A stretch of DNA of 64,000 nt from Clostridiales bacterium (GTDB lineage Bacteria > Bacillota > Peptococcia > DRI-13 > UBA5745). The stretch lies in NCBI GenBank assembly GCA_038562165.1, contig JBCFAO010000010.1, positions 18,643 through 82,642 of the forward strand, written 5' to 3'. The translations under genes and the position numbers were made by a program. The notes below the pieces were generated by a model. The model had not been told where the DNA came from, did not search any database, and worked only from the letters and a program-made list of their open reading frames with translations. Below are positions 35,702 to 44,356 of this stretch, in pieces (position 1 is the first letter of the stretch; each line of letters starts with the position of its first letter).

Positions 35702-36379
35702 ATGAAACTGACCTATACAGGAAAAACCAAAGACGTTTATGCACTGGAAGACGGCAATTATCTGCTCCAATTTAAAGATGATGTAACCGGGGAAAATGGT
35801 GTATTTGATCCCGGCGCCAATACCGTAGGCTTGTCCATTGCCGGCGCCGGCCAGGCCGGTCTCCGTATGACTGCTTATTTTATGAATCTGATCAATGCCC
35901 AGGGTATTAAGACTCACTTTATTGCCGCCGATTTGGAAAAAGCTACGATGACAGTGCTTCCTGCCACTATATTTGGCAAAGGACTGGAGGTCATCTGCCG
36001 TTTTCGGGCGGTGGGCAGCTTTATTAAGCGTTATGGCGATTACATCGAATCCGGCGCTGTTCTTCCCGATTATGTGGAGATGACGCTGAAAGACGATGGC
36101 CGGGGTGACCCTCTGATCAATCAAGAGGCCTTGGCTGCTCTCAATATCCTCAGCCCTGCCGAATATGACGAAATTGCGGCTATGACCAAAAAAATTGCCC
36201 GCATCATCAAGGATGAGCTGGCCAGACTGGATATGGAGCTTTACGACATCAAGCTGGAATTCGGCCGGGTCAATGGCCAGGTTTGCTTGATTGATGAGAT
36301 TTCCGGCGGCAACATGCGGGTTTTCCAGGAAGGCAAGGCACTGGATCCCTTAACCCTCTCGGCAAAAGTTATCGGATAA
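35702..36379 (+). CDS. purC: Phosphoribosylaminoimidazole-succinocarboxamide synthase
   Basis: 225 aa: MKLTYTGKTKDVYALEDGNYLLQFKDDVTG.., ..LIDEISGGNMR. Confidence 0.85.
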   Translation: MKLTYTGKTKDVYALEDGNYLLQFKDDVTGENGVFDPGANTVGLSIAGAGQAGLRMTAYFMNLINAQGIKTHFIAADLEKATMTVLPATIFGKGLEVICRFRAVGSFIKRYGDYIESGAVLPDYVEMTLKDDGRGDPLINQEALAALNILSPAEYDEIAAMTKKIARIIKDELARLDMELYDIKLEFGRVNGQVCLIDEISGGNMRVFQEGKALDPLTLSAKVIG

Positions 36380-36384
36380 TAAAA

Positions 36385-36536
36385 AAGATCAGGGCCGTTG
36401 CATTAACCGCAACGAAAAAAAGCACAAAAAAAGATGGTAACCGGCGTATGAAGCCGTCTTTTTTTGTGCCGGATTAGGGCCAAAGGGCGCATCGCCCAAC
36501 GTTTACAATTAACGTTTTGCGACACGCCCTGATCTT
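36385..36536. repeat. 152-bp nested-hairpin element bounded by an 11-bp inverted repeat
   Basis: Outer AAGATCAGGGC (36385-36395) pairs with GCCCTGATCTT (36526-36536). Inner hairpins lie at 36397-36413, 36422-36469 (16-bp stem, 1 mismatch), 36485-36497 and 36498-36516. Confidence 0.8.
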
Positions 36537-36542
36537 ACTTTT

Positions 36543-37376
36543 TTAAAAACCCTGATTCAGCACATTGCCCGTTAGCTGAAAATAGAGAAGTACAATAATA
36601 CCCAAAACAATCCGGTAATAGCCGAAAGCCTTAAAGTCATGGCGGCGGATATAAGACAGCAGGAATTTAATGGCCACCAGAGATACCAAGAAAGCCACCA
36701 GGCTGCCGGTCAGCAGCACCATCCATTCCAAAAAGCCAAAACTTAAACCCGTTTTAACAAGTTTCAGCAGGCTGGCGCCGGCCATGGCAGGCAGGGCCAA
36801 AAAGAAGGAAAACTCCGAGGCCACCGTGCGGCTGCAACCTAAAAAGACAGCCCCCAGTATGGTGGCGCCGGACCGGGAGGTGCCGGGCACTAAGGCCAGC
36901 ACTTGAAACATACCGATAAGCAAGGCCGTCCGGTAGCCCAGCTCATCCATAGTGGTGATGGTGGGACGCCGCCGGCCCCGTTCCAGGATCAGAAACAAGA
37001 TGCCATAGATAATCAAAGCCAAAGCTACTACCCGGCTATTATACAAATAGGTATTAATTTGCTCTTCAAACAATATCCCGGTTATTCCTAAAGGAATGAC
37101 CCCCACCAGAATTCTGAACCAGAGGGACCAGGTTTCCCGTTTTTCCCGGGGGCTCTTTTGGCTGCCGAAAGGCCAAAGCCTCTGAAAATACAAAACTACC
37201 ACTGCCAAGATGGACCCCAACTGGATTACCACCAGGAAAGTGTCAAGAAAAGTTTTGCTGAAATTAAGGGTCAAAAATTCATCCAGCAGAATCATATGGC
37301 CGGTGCTGCTGATAGGCAGCCATTCCGTAATACCCTGGACAATACCAAATATGATGGATTTCAATATTTCAATCAA
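36543..37376 (-). CDS. uppP: Undecaprenyl-diphosphate phosphatase
   Basis: MIEILKSIIFGIVQGITEWLPISSTGHMILL..; 277 aa, polytopic. Confidence 0.9.
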   Translation of the reverse strand: MIEILKSIIFGIVQGITEWLPISSTGHMILLDEFLTLNFSKTFLDTFLVVIQLGSILAVVVLYFQRLWPFGSQKSPREKRETWSLWFRILVGVIPLGITGILFEEQINTYLYNSRVVALALIIYGILFLILERGRRRPTITTMDELGYRTALLIGMFQVLALVPGTSRSGATILGAVFLGCSRTVASEFSFFLALPAMAGASLLKLVKTGLSFGFLEWMVLLTGSLVAFLVSLVAIKFLLSYIRRHDFKAFGYYRIVLGIIVLLYFQLTGNVLNQGF

Positions 37377-37458
37377 GGGTTCATCCTCCTTGCCGCAATG
37401 TCATGATTTATGTGTCAAAGGGTGGTGGGTCCTAGTGTCTTCGCCAGGTAATGCAGAT

Positions 37459-37681
37459 TGTACAAAAATTTCGTTTGTGTTCAATTAACCGAGGCTAGCT
37501 GAGCAAAAATTGCGTTTGTATGTAAAATGCAAGACTAATACCTATACATAATCGAAAAAATTGCACCGATATGGGCTGAAATCGCCTAAAATTGCCCCTA
37601 ATCAACCCTGCAAATCACGTACAAACGAAAAAACTGTACAGTCGTCGGCGAGAATCAGCACACAAACGAAAAAATTGAACA
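37459..37681. repeat. Variant copy of the composite element (motif TGTACAAAAATTTCGTTTGT; 2 forward + 2-3 reverse copies)
   Basis: Forward copies at 37459-37480 and 37501-37523. Reverse copies at 37619-37640 and 37659-37681, with a degenerate one at 37549-37567. The core contains GGGCTGAAATCGCC. Confidence 0.8.
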
Positions 37682-37754
37682 GAACCACAGGGGTTGCCGG
37701 TTTCCTTTGTCGTAATTATACTCGACCGGGCTTGCTTCTATGCCAGTCCCCTAC

Positions 37755-37896
37755 ACCTGGACCAGCACCGGCGCACAAGTCTACATATCCTGGAAAGCGT
37801 CTGAACCAGCACCGGCGCACAAGTCTACATATCCTGTGCCGCCCATGCGTCTGGATCAGCACCGGTGCACTAGTCTACAATTCCTGTGCCTGTGCC
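37755..37896. repeat. About 2.8 tandem copies of a 44-50-bp unit (..CAGCACCGGCGCACAAGTCTACATATCCTG..)
   Basis: Units start at 37761, 37805 and 37855. The third copy carries the perfect palindrome GCACCGGTGC and overlaps the 3' end of the ybaK-like ORF. Confidence 0.85.
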
Positions 37897-38384
37897 GGTG
37901 CCTGTGCCGGCGCCTCCCAGCCATTGCATACGTCTACCCAGTCCAGAGCGCCGGCAGTCTGCCATAGCTGGTCCAAATCCAGCTCGATGGCGGAATTGCT
38001 GCTGCCGCAAGCGGGATAAACCGTCTGAAAACGCTTTAAGGAAACATCCAGATATACTCTTGTCCGGGGTAAAAGAGCAAAAGGGCATACGCCCCCTACG
38101 CCATGGCCCGTTAAATCCAGCACCCGGTCTGCCGAAAGCATATTGGGCTTTTTGCCGAAGGCCTGCTTATACTTGCTGCTGTTGATTCTGGCGTCGCCGG
38201 CAGCCACTACCATCAGACAATTGTCTTGATCGGCAAAGGTCAGGCTTTTGGCTATGCGGGCGGGAATTACATTTAAAGCTTGGGCGGCCAGCTCCACGGT
38301 GGCGCTGGATACGGCAAACTCTTGCACCTTATGGGTTAACCCCCACTGACTCAGGTGCTTTTTAACTTTTTCGATTGAACTCAT
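37875..38384 (-). CDS. YbaK/EbsC-family aminoacyl-tRNA deacylase
   Basis: 169 aa: ..VELAAQALNVIPARIAKSLTF..GHGVGGVCPF.. The C-terminal tail EAPAQAPAQAQEL is encoded by repeat DNA. Confidence 0.75.
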   Translation of the reverse strand: MSSIEKVKKHLSQWGLTHKVQEFAVSSATVELAAQALNVIPARIAKSLTFADQDNCLMVVAAGDARINSSKYKQAFGKKPNMLSADRVLDLTGHGVGGVCPFALLPRTRVYLDVSLKRFQTVYPACGSSNSAIELDLDQLWQTAGALDWVDVCNGWEAPAQAPAQAQEL

Positions 38385-39586
38385 TTCCAGGAGACTCCAT
38401 TCATTCCTTCTTCACAGGCCCCCAGCAAATCGGCTAATTTAGGCTTGGCCACCACTTGATGGGCTTCCATAGCCTGGCTGATTTTCCGGGGGATATCGAG
38501 AAAGCTGATTCTTCCCGCCAAGAAGGCTTCCACGGCCCGTTCATTGGCGCCGTTGAGCACCGCCGGCATAGTGCCGCCGATTTTGAGGGCTTCATAAGCC
38601 AGCTTCAGGCAGGGAAACAACTGATGATCCGGTTCTTCAAAGGTCAATTCTTTAGCCTGCATAAAATTTAAATAATTGCTGCAGCCTTTAAGCCGCCGGG
38701 GCCAGGTTAAAGCTACCTGTATAGGCTGGCGCATATCCGGCTGGCCCATTTGCGCCAATATAGGACCGTCGATAAATTCCACCATGGAATGAATGATGCT
38801 TTGGGGATGAACCACTACCTGGATTCTGGCCAGAGGCACTTGAAAAAGCCAATGGGCCTCAATAACTTCCAAGCCTTTATTCATCAAGGTTGCGCTGTCG
38901 ATGGTAACTTTTTTGCCCATGGTCCAGGTAGGATGCATCAGCGCTTCTTTAGGCCCTATGGCAGCTAATTGCTTTTCGGTAAAGCCCCGGAAAGGGCCGC
39001 CGGAAGCTGTCAAAATCAGCCTTCTTACTGTGCCGCAAGTCTGCCTGGCCGTTTCTGCCGCCGCCCCTCTTGATGTGCCCGCCGCCGTAACGCTGCGTCC
39101 CCCAAGACATTGAAAAATAGCGGAGTGCTCGCTGTCCACCGGTATGATGGAAGCGCCGTGGGCTTCGGCCATGGCACAAACCAATTGTCCCCCTACCACC
39201 AAGGATTCCTTGTTTGACAGGGCTATCCGCTTGCCGGCTTTCGCCGCCGCCAGTACCGGTTCTAATCCAGCCACACCGCTGATGGCAGCCACAACCGTGC
39301 CGGCAGAGCCCATGGTAGCCGCCAGCTTATAGCCTTCCATGCCGTACATGATTTCCGGCATCCAGCTCCCCTCTTCTTGCAGCAGCTTTTTTAATTCCAT
39401 GGCCTTTTGGGCTGTGGCTGTCACTGCCAGCCGCGGCTCAAACTCTGAAACCTGACGAGCCAGCAGCACCATATTATTATGGCCTGTCAGAGCTTCTACT
39501 GCCAGCCCCAAATGCCTGGCAACCTGCAAAGTTTGCGTGCCAATGCTGCCGGTAGACCCTAAGACAGCTACACCTTGCTTTGCCAT
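38381..39586 (-). CDS. dxr: 1-deoxy-D-xylulose-5-phosphate reductoisomerase
   Basis: VAVLGSTGSIGTQTL, DSEHSAIFQCL, LTASGGPFR, HPTWTMGKKVTIDSATLMNKGLE. Confidence 0.9.
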   Translation of the reverse strand: MAKQGVAVLGSTGSIGTQTLQVARHLGLAVEALTGHNNMVLLARQVSEFEPRLAVTATAQKAMELKKLLQEEGSWMPEIMYGMEGYKLAATMGSAGTVVAAISGVAGLEPVLAAAKAGKRIALSNKESLVVGGQLVCAMAEAHGASIIPVDSEHSAIFQCLGGRSVTAAGTSRGAAAETARQTCGTVRRLILTASGGPFRGFTEKQLAAIGPKEALMHPTWTMGKKVTIDSATLMNKGLEVIEAHWLFQVPLARIQVVVHPQSIIHSMVEFIDGPILAQMGQPDMRQPIQVALTWPRRLKGCSNYLNFMQAKELTFEEPDHQLFPCLKLAYEALKIGGTMPAVLNGANERAVEAFLAGRISFLDIPRKISQAMEAHQVVAKPKLADLLGACEEGMNGVSWK

Positions 39587-39625
39587 AATCTCCTCCTCTT
39601 CCGATTCCTTCCGTCTCTATCTGCT

Positions 39626-41011
39626 TTAAATCCCTTCCGTCAGGTCGTGAATCCATTTGCCGCTTTTCAGCCGCCACATAGCCATCAGGAATTTGATCAA
39701 TTCTTCAATAGTAATTAAGGCTACTACTTGTTCTACCGGCAACCGCCAATAAACGGACCCCAAAAAAGCCAGAGGAACGCCTACAAGCCACATGGTAGAT
39801 AAATCCATAGCCAGACAGGCCTTGGCGTCGCCGCCTCCCCGAAAAATACCCACAATCAAAACCAGATTGATTTGGCGGATGCAATAAGTCAGGCCAAATA
39901 TCTTTAAAATCAGCCCCGCAGAACGGATAGCCCCTTCCGATATACGAAAGAAGGATAATACCCAGGAACCGCTCAGCAAAATCAGGATACCCAGGAAAAG
40001 CCCCAGCAAACCCGTAAGAACTGTAAAGCGATTAGCGTAAAACCTGACTTTTTCTTTATCGCCGGAACCAATTTGATGACCGATCATCACCAAGGAAGCA
40101 CTGGCTATACTGAAGCAAAGCACCATGAAAAAGTTTTGAATCGTATTGGTAATATTGGTGGCCGCCAAGGCCGCCGTACCGATTCTGCCGTAGGCCGCCG
40201 TATAGAAAACCGCCCCCAGGCCCCATAGTCCTTCGTTCATTACCACAGGCAAAACCACGTTATATACGGTGCGCATATAAGACCAATCAAAATTTAAATA
40301 ATCCCGGAGACTTCCCCGCAAAGGCTGCCTCGGCTTTAAGCTGATCAACAGCATTAAAAAGCATTCCAAAAATCTGGCCAATACCGTAGCAATGGCGGCT
40401 CCTCTTACGCCCAAGGCCGGCAAGCCCAGCTTGCCAAAAATAAGCAGATAATTAAAAACCGTATTCGTTAAAATAGCCAGAAAGCTGATGAACATGGGTA
40501 CGGCTGCATTATTTATACTTCTTTGGGCATGGGAGAAAACAAAGGTAATGGCCGTAGGGATATAACTGATACAAACAATCCAAAGATACTCTCTGCCTAA
40601 ATACAACACTGTCTCAGCATCACTGAACAAGCCCATGATCGGGATTGGAAAAAAGACCGCCAGAGCCGTGAAGAGGGCGCCGGACAAAATCAGGCTGATC
40701 AAGCCCACTCCTATCGTGCGGAAGATATCCCGCCGGTTGCCGCTGCCCCAATACTGGGAAATAAAGATGCTAACACCGGAAGAGACGCCGTAAATCACCA
40801 TATTGAATAAGAAAAAAAATTGATTGGCAACACCTACTGCCGCTACTTCATTTTCTCCTACCGCACCGATCATCACTGTGTCGATCATATTCAGAGAGGA
40901 TATTAAAAAATTTTGAATCATTATGGGCAATGCCAGCGTAACTAAACTTCGGTAAAAGGCTTTGTCACCAAATAGCCCTCTTTCGCCCAACAGAGCTGCT
41001 GTCTTATTCAT
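39626..41011 (-). CDS. MATE family efflux transporter
   Basis: 461 aa, 12 TM segments; ..LALPIMIQNFLISSLNMIDTVMIG.. Confidence 0.8.
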   Translation of the reverse strand: MNKTAALLGERGLFGDKAFYRSLVTLALPIMIQNFLISSLNMIDTVMIGAVGENEVAAVGVANQFFFLFNMVIYGVSSGVSIFISQYWGSGNRRDIFRTIGVGLISLILSGALFTALAVFFPIPIMGLFSDAETVLYLGREYLWIVCISYIPTAITFVFSHAQRSINNAAVPMFISFLAILTNTVFNYLLIFGKLGLPALGVRGAAIATVLARFLECFLMLLISLKPRQPLRGSLRDYLNFDWSYMRTVYNVVLPVVMNEGLWGLGAVFYTAAYGRIGTAALAATNITNTIQNFFMVLCFSIASASLVMIGHQIGSGDKEKVRFYANRFTVLTGLLGLFLGILILLSGSWVLSFFRISEGAIRSAGLILKIFGLTYCIRQINLVLIVGIFRGGGDAKACLAMDLSTMWLVGVPLAFLGSVYWRLPVEQVVALITIEELIKFLMAMWRLKSGKWIHDLTEGI

Positions 41012-41058
41012 AATTCCTTTCAGAAGAAAAACAGGCTTTTGATCAGAAGCCTGCTTTT

Positions 41059-41727
41059 TTAACCTTCAAAAGCTGAAATCAACCGCTGAAAAGCTTTGAT
41101 ATTGTCTCTGGTCTTTCCCGGCTGAAATAAGGCGGACCCAATGACCAGGTTTTCTACACCGGCAGCCAGAAATTCGCCGATGTTTTGCTGATTGACGCCG
41201 CCGTCGGCCTGTATCTGAAAATCCAGGCCTTCTTCTTGCTTTTTGGCCTTTAACCATCTGACCTTTTTTAACACAGGCAAAATAGCTTTTTGGCCGCCAA
41301 AGCCGGGGTTTACCGTCATGACCAGAACCCGATCCAAAAAGGGCAGCACCGGCTCCAGTAACTCTACAGGCGTAGCAGGATTGATGGCAACACCGGCCTT
41401 CACTCCCAGCTCTCTGATCATCTCCAAAGTGCGGTGCAAATGAAGACAAGCCTCACTGTGGACGGTGATACTGTCCACCTTAGCGGCCACGAAAGCGGGA
41501 ATCAGCCGCTCCGGCTCAACCACCATCAGATGAGCATCAAATTCGATATCGGTATATTTTCTCAGCATGGCCACCGGCCCGGGGCCAAAGGTCAGGTTGG
41601 GCACAAAACGGCCGTCCATAATGTCCAAATGCAGACAGACAATGCCTTCATCTGCCACTTCCCTAATCTCCTGCCCCCAAAACCCGGCATCGGCTGCCAA
41701 AAGAGATGGCGCAATAATTGTTTCCAT
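41059..41727 (-). CDS. rpe: Ribulose-phosphate 3-epimerase
   Basis: IIAPSLLAAD..LHLDIMDGRFVPNLTFGP..MTVNPGFGGQ.. Confidence 0.9.
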   Translation of the reverse strand: METIIAPSLLAADAGFWGQEIREVADEGIVCLHLDIMDGRFVPNLTFGPGPVAMLRKYTDIEFDAHLMVVEPERLIPAFVAAKVDSITVHSEACLHLHRTLEMIRELGVKAGVAINPATPVELLEPVLPFLDRVLVMTVNPGFGGQKAILPVLKKVRWLKAKKQEEGLDFQIQADGGVNQQNIGEFLAAGVENLVIGSALFQPGKTRDNIKAFQRLISAFEG

Positions 41728-41788
41728 TCTTATATCCTTTAAGGAGTATTGATGCCGTTTCCTAAGAAGCGGCGAACCAGCCCCACAA

Positions 41789-42142
41789 TCAGGGTGTGTT
41801 AATGCCGTTTCTTTTGATGTAATCGCCGTTTCTCTTCCGCTTGATCACCATATGGTTGGCCAGATGCTCCATCACGACTTCCATGGCCATCAGGCTCTTT
41901 AAACCGGCATGGTACATCACGTGGCCTTTATCCTTGAAATAGCTGCCCTGCTCATCCAAAGTCTTTATTACTTCATCGGCGCGACTATCCACGAAGGCTT
42001 TAATAAATGCTTCGGCTTTTTCCGTGTTTTCGCATTCTCCATCAAGATAACCGGCATCCTTCAATTCTTCAATACGCTTGTCCGACAGACCGTCAAATAC
42101 TGTCAGATCTAAAAAAAGCTGTTCGTTTTCCACTATCACCAT
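41789..42142 (-). CDS. Hypothetical protein
   Basis: I prefer the ATG at 42140-42142 (GGAGAGG 6 nt upstream; MVIVENEQLF..). No recognisable motif. Confidence 0.4.
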   Translation of the reverse strand: MVIVENEQLFLDLTVFDGLSDKRIEELKDAGYLDGECENTEKAEAFIKAFVDSRADEVIKTLDEQGSYFKDKGHVMYHAGLKSLMAMEVVMEHLANHMVIKRKRNGDYIKRNGINTP

Positions 42143-42199
42143 GGGCAACCTCTCCTCTCGTCCTCTCCTCAACCGGAGTCTTTAGCATTATGCTATTGT

Positions 42200-42757
42200 T
42201 TATATTGTACCATTTATTCCCGAGTTACTCAATGCCTGAATCACCGACTTTGCGGAAAACCCTGTAAATAACCCTACGGGAACAGCGGAAAGAAAAAGCC
42301 AGGGCAAATAGTAAAAAACCCCGGTATTGCTTAATAAAAGGGCCACCATCAGCAATTGGCCGCCATGATGAGCAGCCGCTCCCGCCAGGCTGACCCCTAC
42401 AATAGAAACAGATTTTCTTCCGGTAAATATTGCCATAACAAAAAAGCTTATTAAACCGCCGCCCCAGCTGATCCAAAAAGCCGGAGTCAGAAAAGTACCC
42501 AGCACCAATCCGGCTAAGAGCAACCGCAACACCACCACCAGGAAAACCTGCCTTCTTGGGAAAAAGCCGAAAGCCGTCAGGGTGATAATATTAGCCAGAC
42601 CAAGCTTAACCCCCGGCAAAGGGATAAAAGGCGGAATCGCCGCTTCCACTGCCGAGAGGGCCAGGCTCATGGCTACCAAAAGGGAGAGAAACAGAATATC
42701 CCTTACCGATAGGCTTTGCTTGCCAGCAAGGGCTTGCTTTTTATTTGAGGACGCCAT
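42200..42757 (-). CDS. Gx transporter family protein (heptaprenyl-diphosphate-synthase-component-I-like membrane protein)
   Basis: 185 aa, 5 TM segments; ..IPLPGVKLGLANIITL.. It occupies the typical position after a NusG-II domain gene. Confidence 0.6.
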   Translation of the reverse strand: MASSNKKQALAGKQSLSVRDILFLSLLVAMSLALSAVEAAIPPFIPLPGVKLGLANIITLTAFGFFPRRQVFLVVVLRLLLAGLVLGTFLTPAFWISWGGGLISFFVMAIFTGRKSVSIVGVSLAGAAAHHGGQLLMVALLLSNTGVFYYLPWLFLSAVPVGLFTGFSAKSVIQALSNSGINGTI

Positions 42758-43154
42758 CTAATTCCCCCTCGCCCTGGCCTGCCGGATTGTCTAAAGCAAT
42801 TAAACGGATAATGATTTCATTGGGCACGCAAACAATGGATTGTCCGGCTTTACTGATAAATCCCGTTTTAACACAGGCTTGATCGGGACAGGTTGCCCTG
42901 TCCACATGGACGCCCTGGTCAGGCCAATAGGACAAATAGACGCCGCCGGCGGCTCCCTCAACATGCCAGCGGCCCTGCTCACCTTGGGGCAGGCTGCTTA
43001 CCGGCATTCTGAGACGCTCTTCTCCCGGCCGGCTGATCTCCAGAACCAACTCCTGGGAGCGGTCGCCGCCGGAGAAATATTGAAAAGCCAGCAGCGCCAG
43101 AGCCGCCGCCAATATGACGGCCAGTATCTGTTTGTCTGTTTTTCCTAAACCCAT
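42741..43154 (-). CDS. NusG domain II-containing membrane-anchored protein
   Basis: 137 aa with an N-terminal TM; ..CPDQACVKTGFISKAGQSIVCVPNEIIIRL.. Confidence 0.6.
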   Translation of the reverse strand: MGLGKTDKQILAVILAAALALLAFQYFSGGDRSQELVLEISRPGEERLRMPVSSLPQGEQGRWHVEGAAGGVYLSYWPDQGVHVDRATCPDQACVKTGFISKAGQSIVCVPNEIIIRLIALDNPAGQGEGELDGVLK

Positions 43155-43161
43155 AACCTAA

Positions 43162-44343
43162 TCAATCCCTTAATTTATAGCCAGACTTATCTTGCCACTT
43201 GATATGGTCCTCTATCCCCGAAGTAGCAAACAGTTCTCCGGAGGTGGTTACCCATATTGCCTCCAGGTCAGGTATGCTTTCCGCCAGCTCCAAAGCGTCC
43301 TGGACCGGCAGGAGAAACAGCAGTGTAGAATAATAGTCGGCCTTAAGACCGTCGGAGGAGATAGCGGTAACACTATGGCTGTACCATACAGGCCAGCCCT
43401 CAACAGGGGATAAAATATGGTGATAGCGGCGGCCCTCTATATCTTCGTAACGCTGATAGTCGCCGGAGGTAGCCGCCACCTGTCCCGGCGTCAGTTCAAT
43501 GGAGGCCAAAAGCTCCTTCGTTTTCAAAGGATCGGTGAGGCCGATTTGCCAAAGGGAACCGTCAGGCTTTTGGCCGATAGTCTTAATATTGCCCCCGGCA
43601 TCAATGATGCCATAAACCGCCGGCCCGGCCTGGGCTAAGATGCGGCCGGCCTCTTCTACTGCATAGCCTTTGGCTACAGCCCCATAATCCAGCCCCACAC
43701 CGGCTAAAGTCAGCCTCATTTTGCCCCCGGCCCAGTCCCTTTCGATATACTCCATACCGCTTAAAGCCAAGGCCGCTTCTATCTCTTCCTGCCGGGGCAG
43801 CACTTTTGTTTCTCTGACCGTCATCCAAAGATCAATCAGCTTGCCTAATGAAGTATCCACCAGCCGGGTGGCTGCCGGCAGGACTGCCGCTGCTTCTTGC
43901 TCCAGCCGCTCCACTTCCTCCTGAATGGTCAAGGTATCCCGGCTCACTTCCAGCCACCTGCCGTCCCCGGCCTGGGCCGCCAACCTCTGGAGATCAGAGC
44001 CCTGTGCGGGGTCGTGGCGGTTGGTTTTGACGGCAATTTCCTCCATGCGGTTGAAGGCTGCCAAAACCAACTGCTCCAGCTCTTCCTGAGAAGGCGGAGC
44101 TACCGGTTGGTCCTCCTGGTCCGCTGCCCCCAGCCTGCCGGCCTGGTGGCCGGGTATCACCTGCAGCCGTATGGTAACCACCGTATCCATAAGAAAACGG
44201 GTGCTGCTAAAAGAGGGAACCTTCGCCCTCTCAGCGCCGCCGCAGGAGATTAGACCCCCACAAAGTGCAACGCATAAGAAGACAAAGGCCGCCTTTTTCA
44301 TGTATGTTTTTGTATCGCTGCTAGAACCTTTAATGGCAGTCAT
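43162..44343 (-). CDS. apbE: FAD:protein FMN transferase (ApbE family lipoprotein)
   Basis: Lipobox GLISC; ..MDTVVTI.., ..GAVAKGYA.., ..AATSGDYQRY.. Confidence 0.8.
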   Translation of the reverse strand: MTAIKGSSSDTKTYMKKAAFVFLCVALCGGLISCGGAERAKVPSFSSTRFLMDTVVTIRLQVIPGHQAGRLGAADQEDQPVAPPSQEELEQLVLAAFNRMEEIAVKTNRHDPAQGSDLQRLAAQAGDGRWLEVSRDTLTIQEEVERLEQEAAAVLPAATRLVDTSLGKLIDLWMTVRETKVLPRQEEIEAALALSGMEYIERDWAGGKMRLTLAGVGLDYGAVAKGYAVEEAGRILAQAGPAVYGIIDAGGNIKTIGQKPDGSLWQIGLTDPLKTKELLASIELTPGQVAATSGDYQRYEDIEGRRYHHILSPVEGWPVWYSHSVTAISSDGLKADYYSTLLFLLPVQDALELAESIPDLEAIWVTTSGELFATSGIEDHIKWQDKSGYKLRD

Positions 44344-44356
44344 GAACCCGCCGCCC

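Noticed and set aside
35651-36124. 157-aa minus-strand ORF opposite purC.
   Set aside because: It is fully antisense to a confidently identified purC and has no motif, so it is a shadow ORF.
37561-38088. ORFs 37561..38019 +, 37740..37967 + and 37870..38088 - in the repeat-rich gap.
   Set aside because: Their translations are repeat-derived low complexity (PAPAHKSTYP.. repeated) with no start context. They overlap the ybaK-like gene in antisense.
38900-39110. Apparent ~25-aa insertion in Dxr (..GGRSVTAAGTSRGAAAETARQTCGTVRRLILTASGGPF..).
   Set aside because: E. coli Dxr has a segment of similar length between the DSEH.AIFQ and GSGGPFR blocks, so this is normal family variation and not an insertion.
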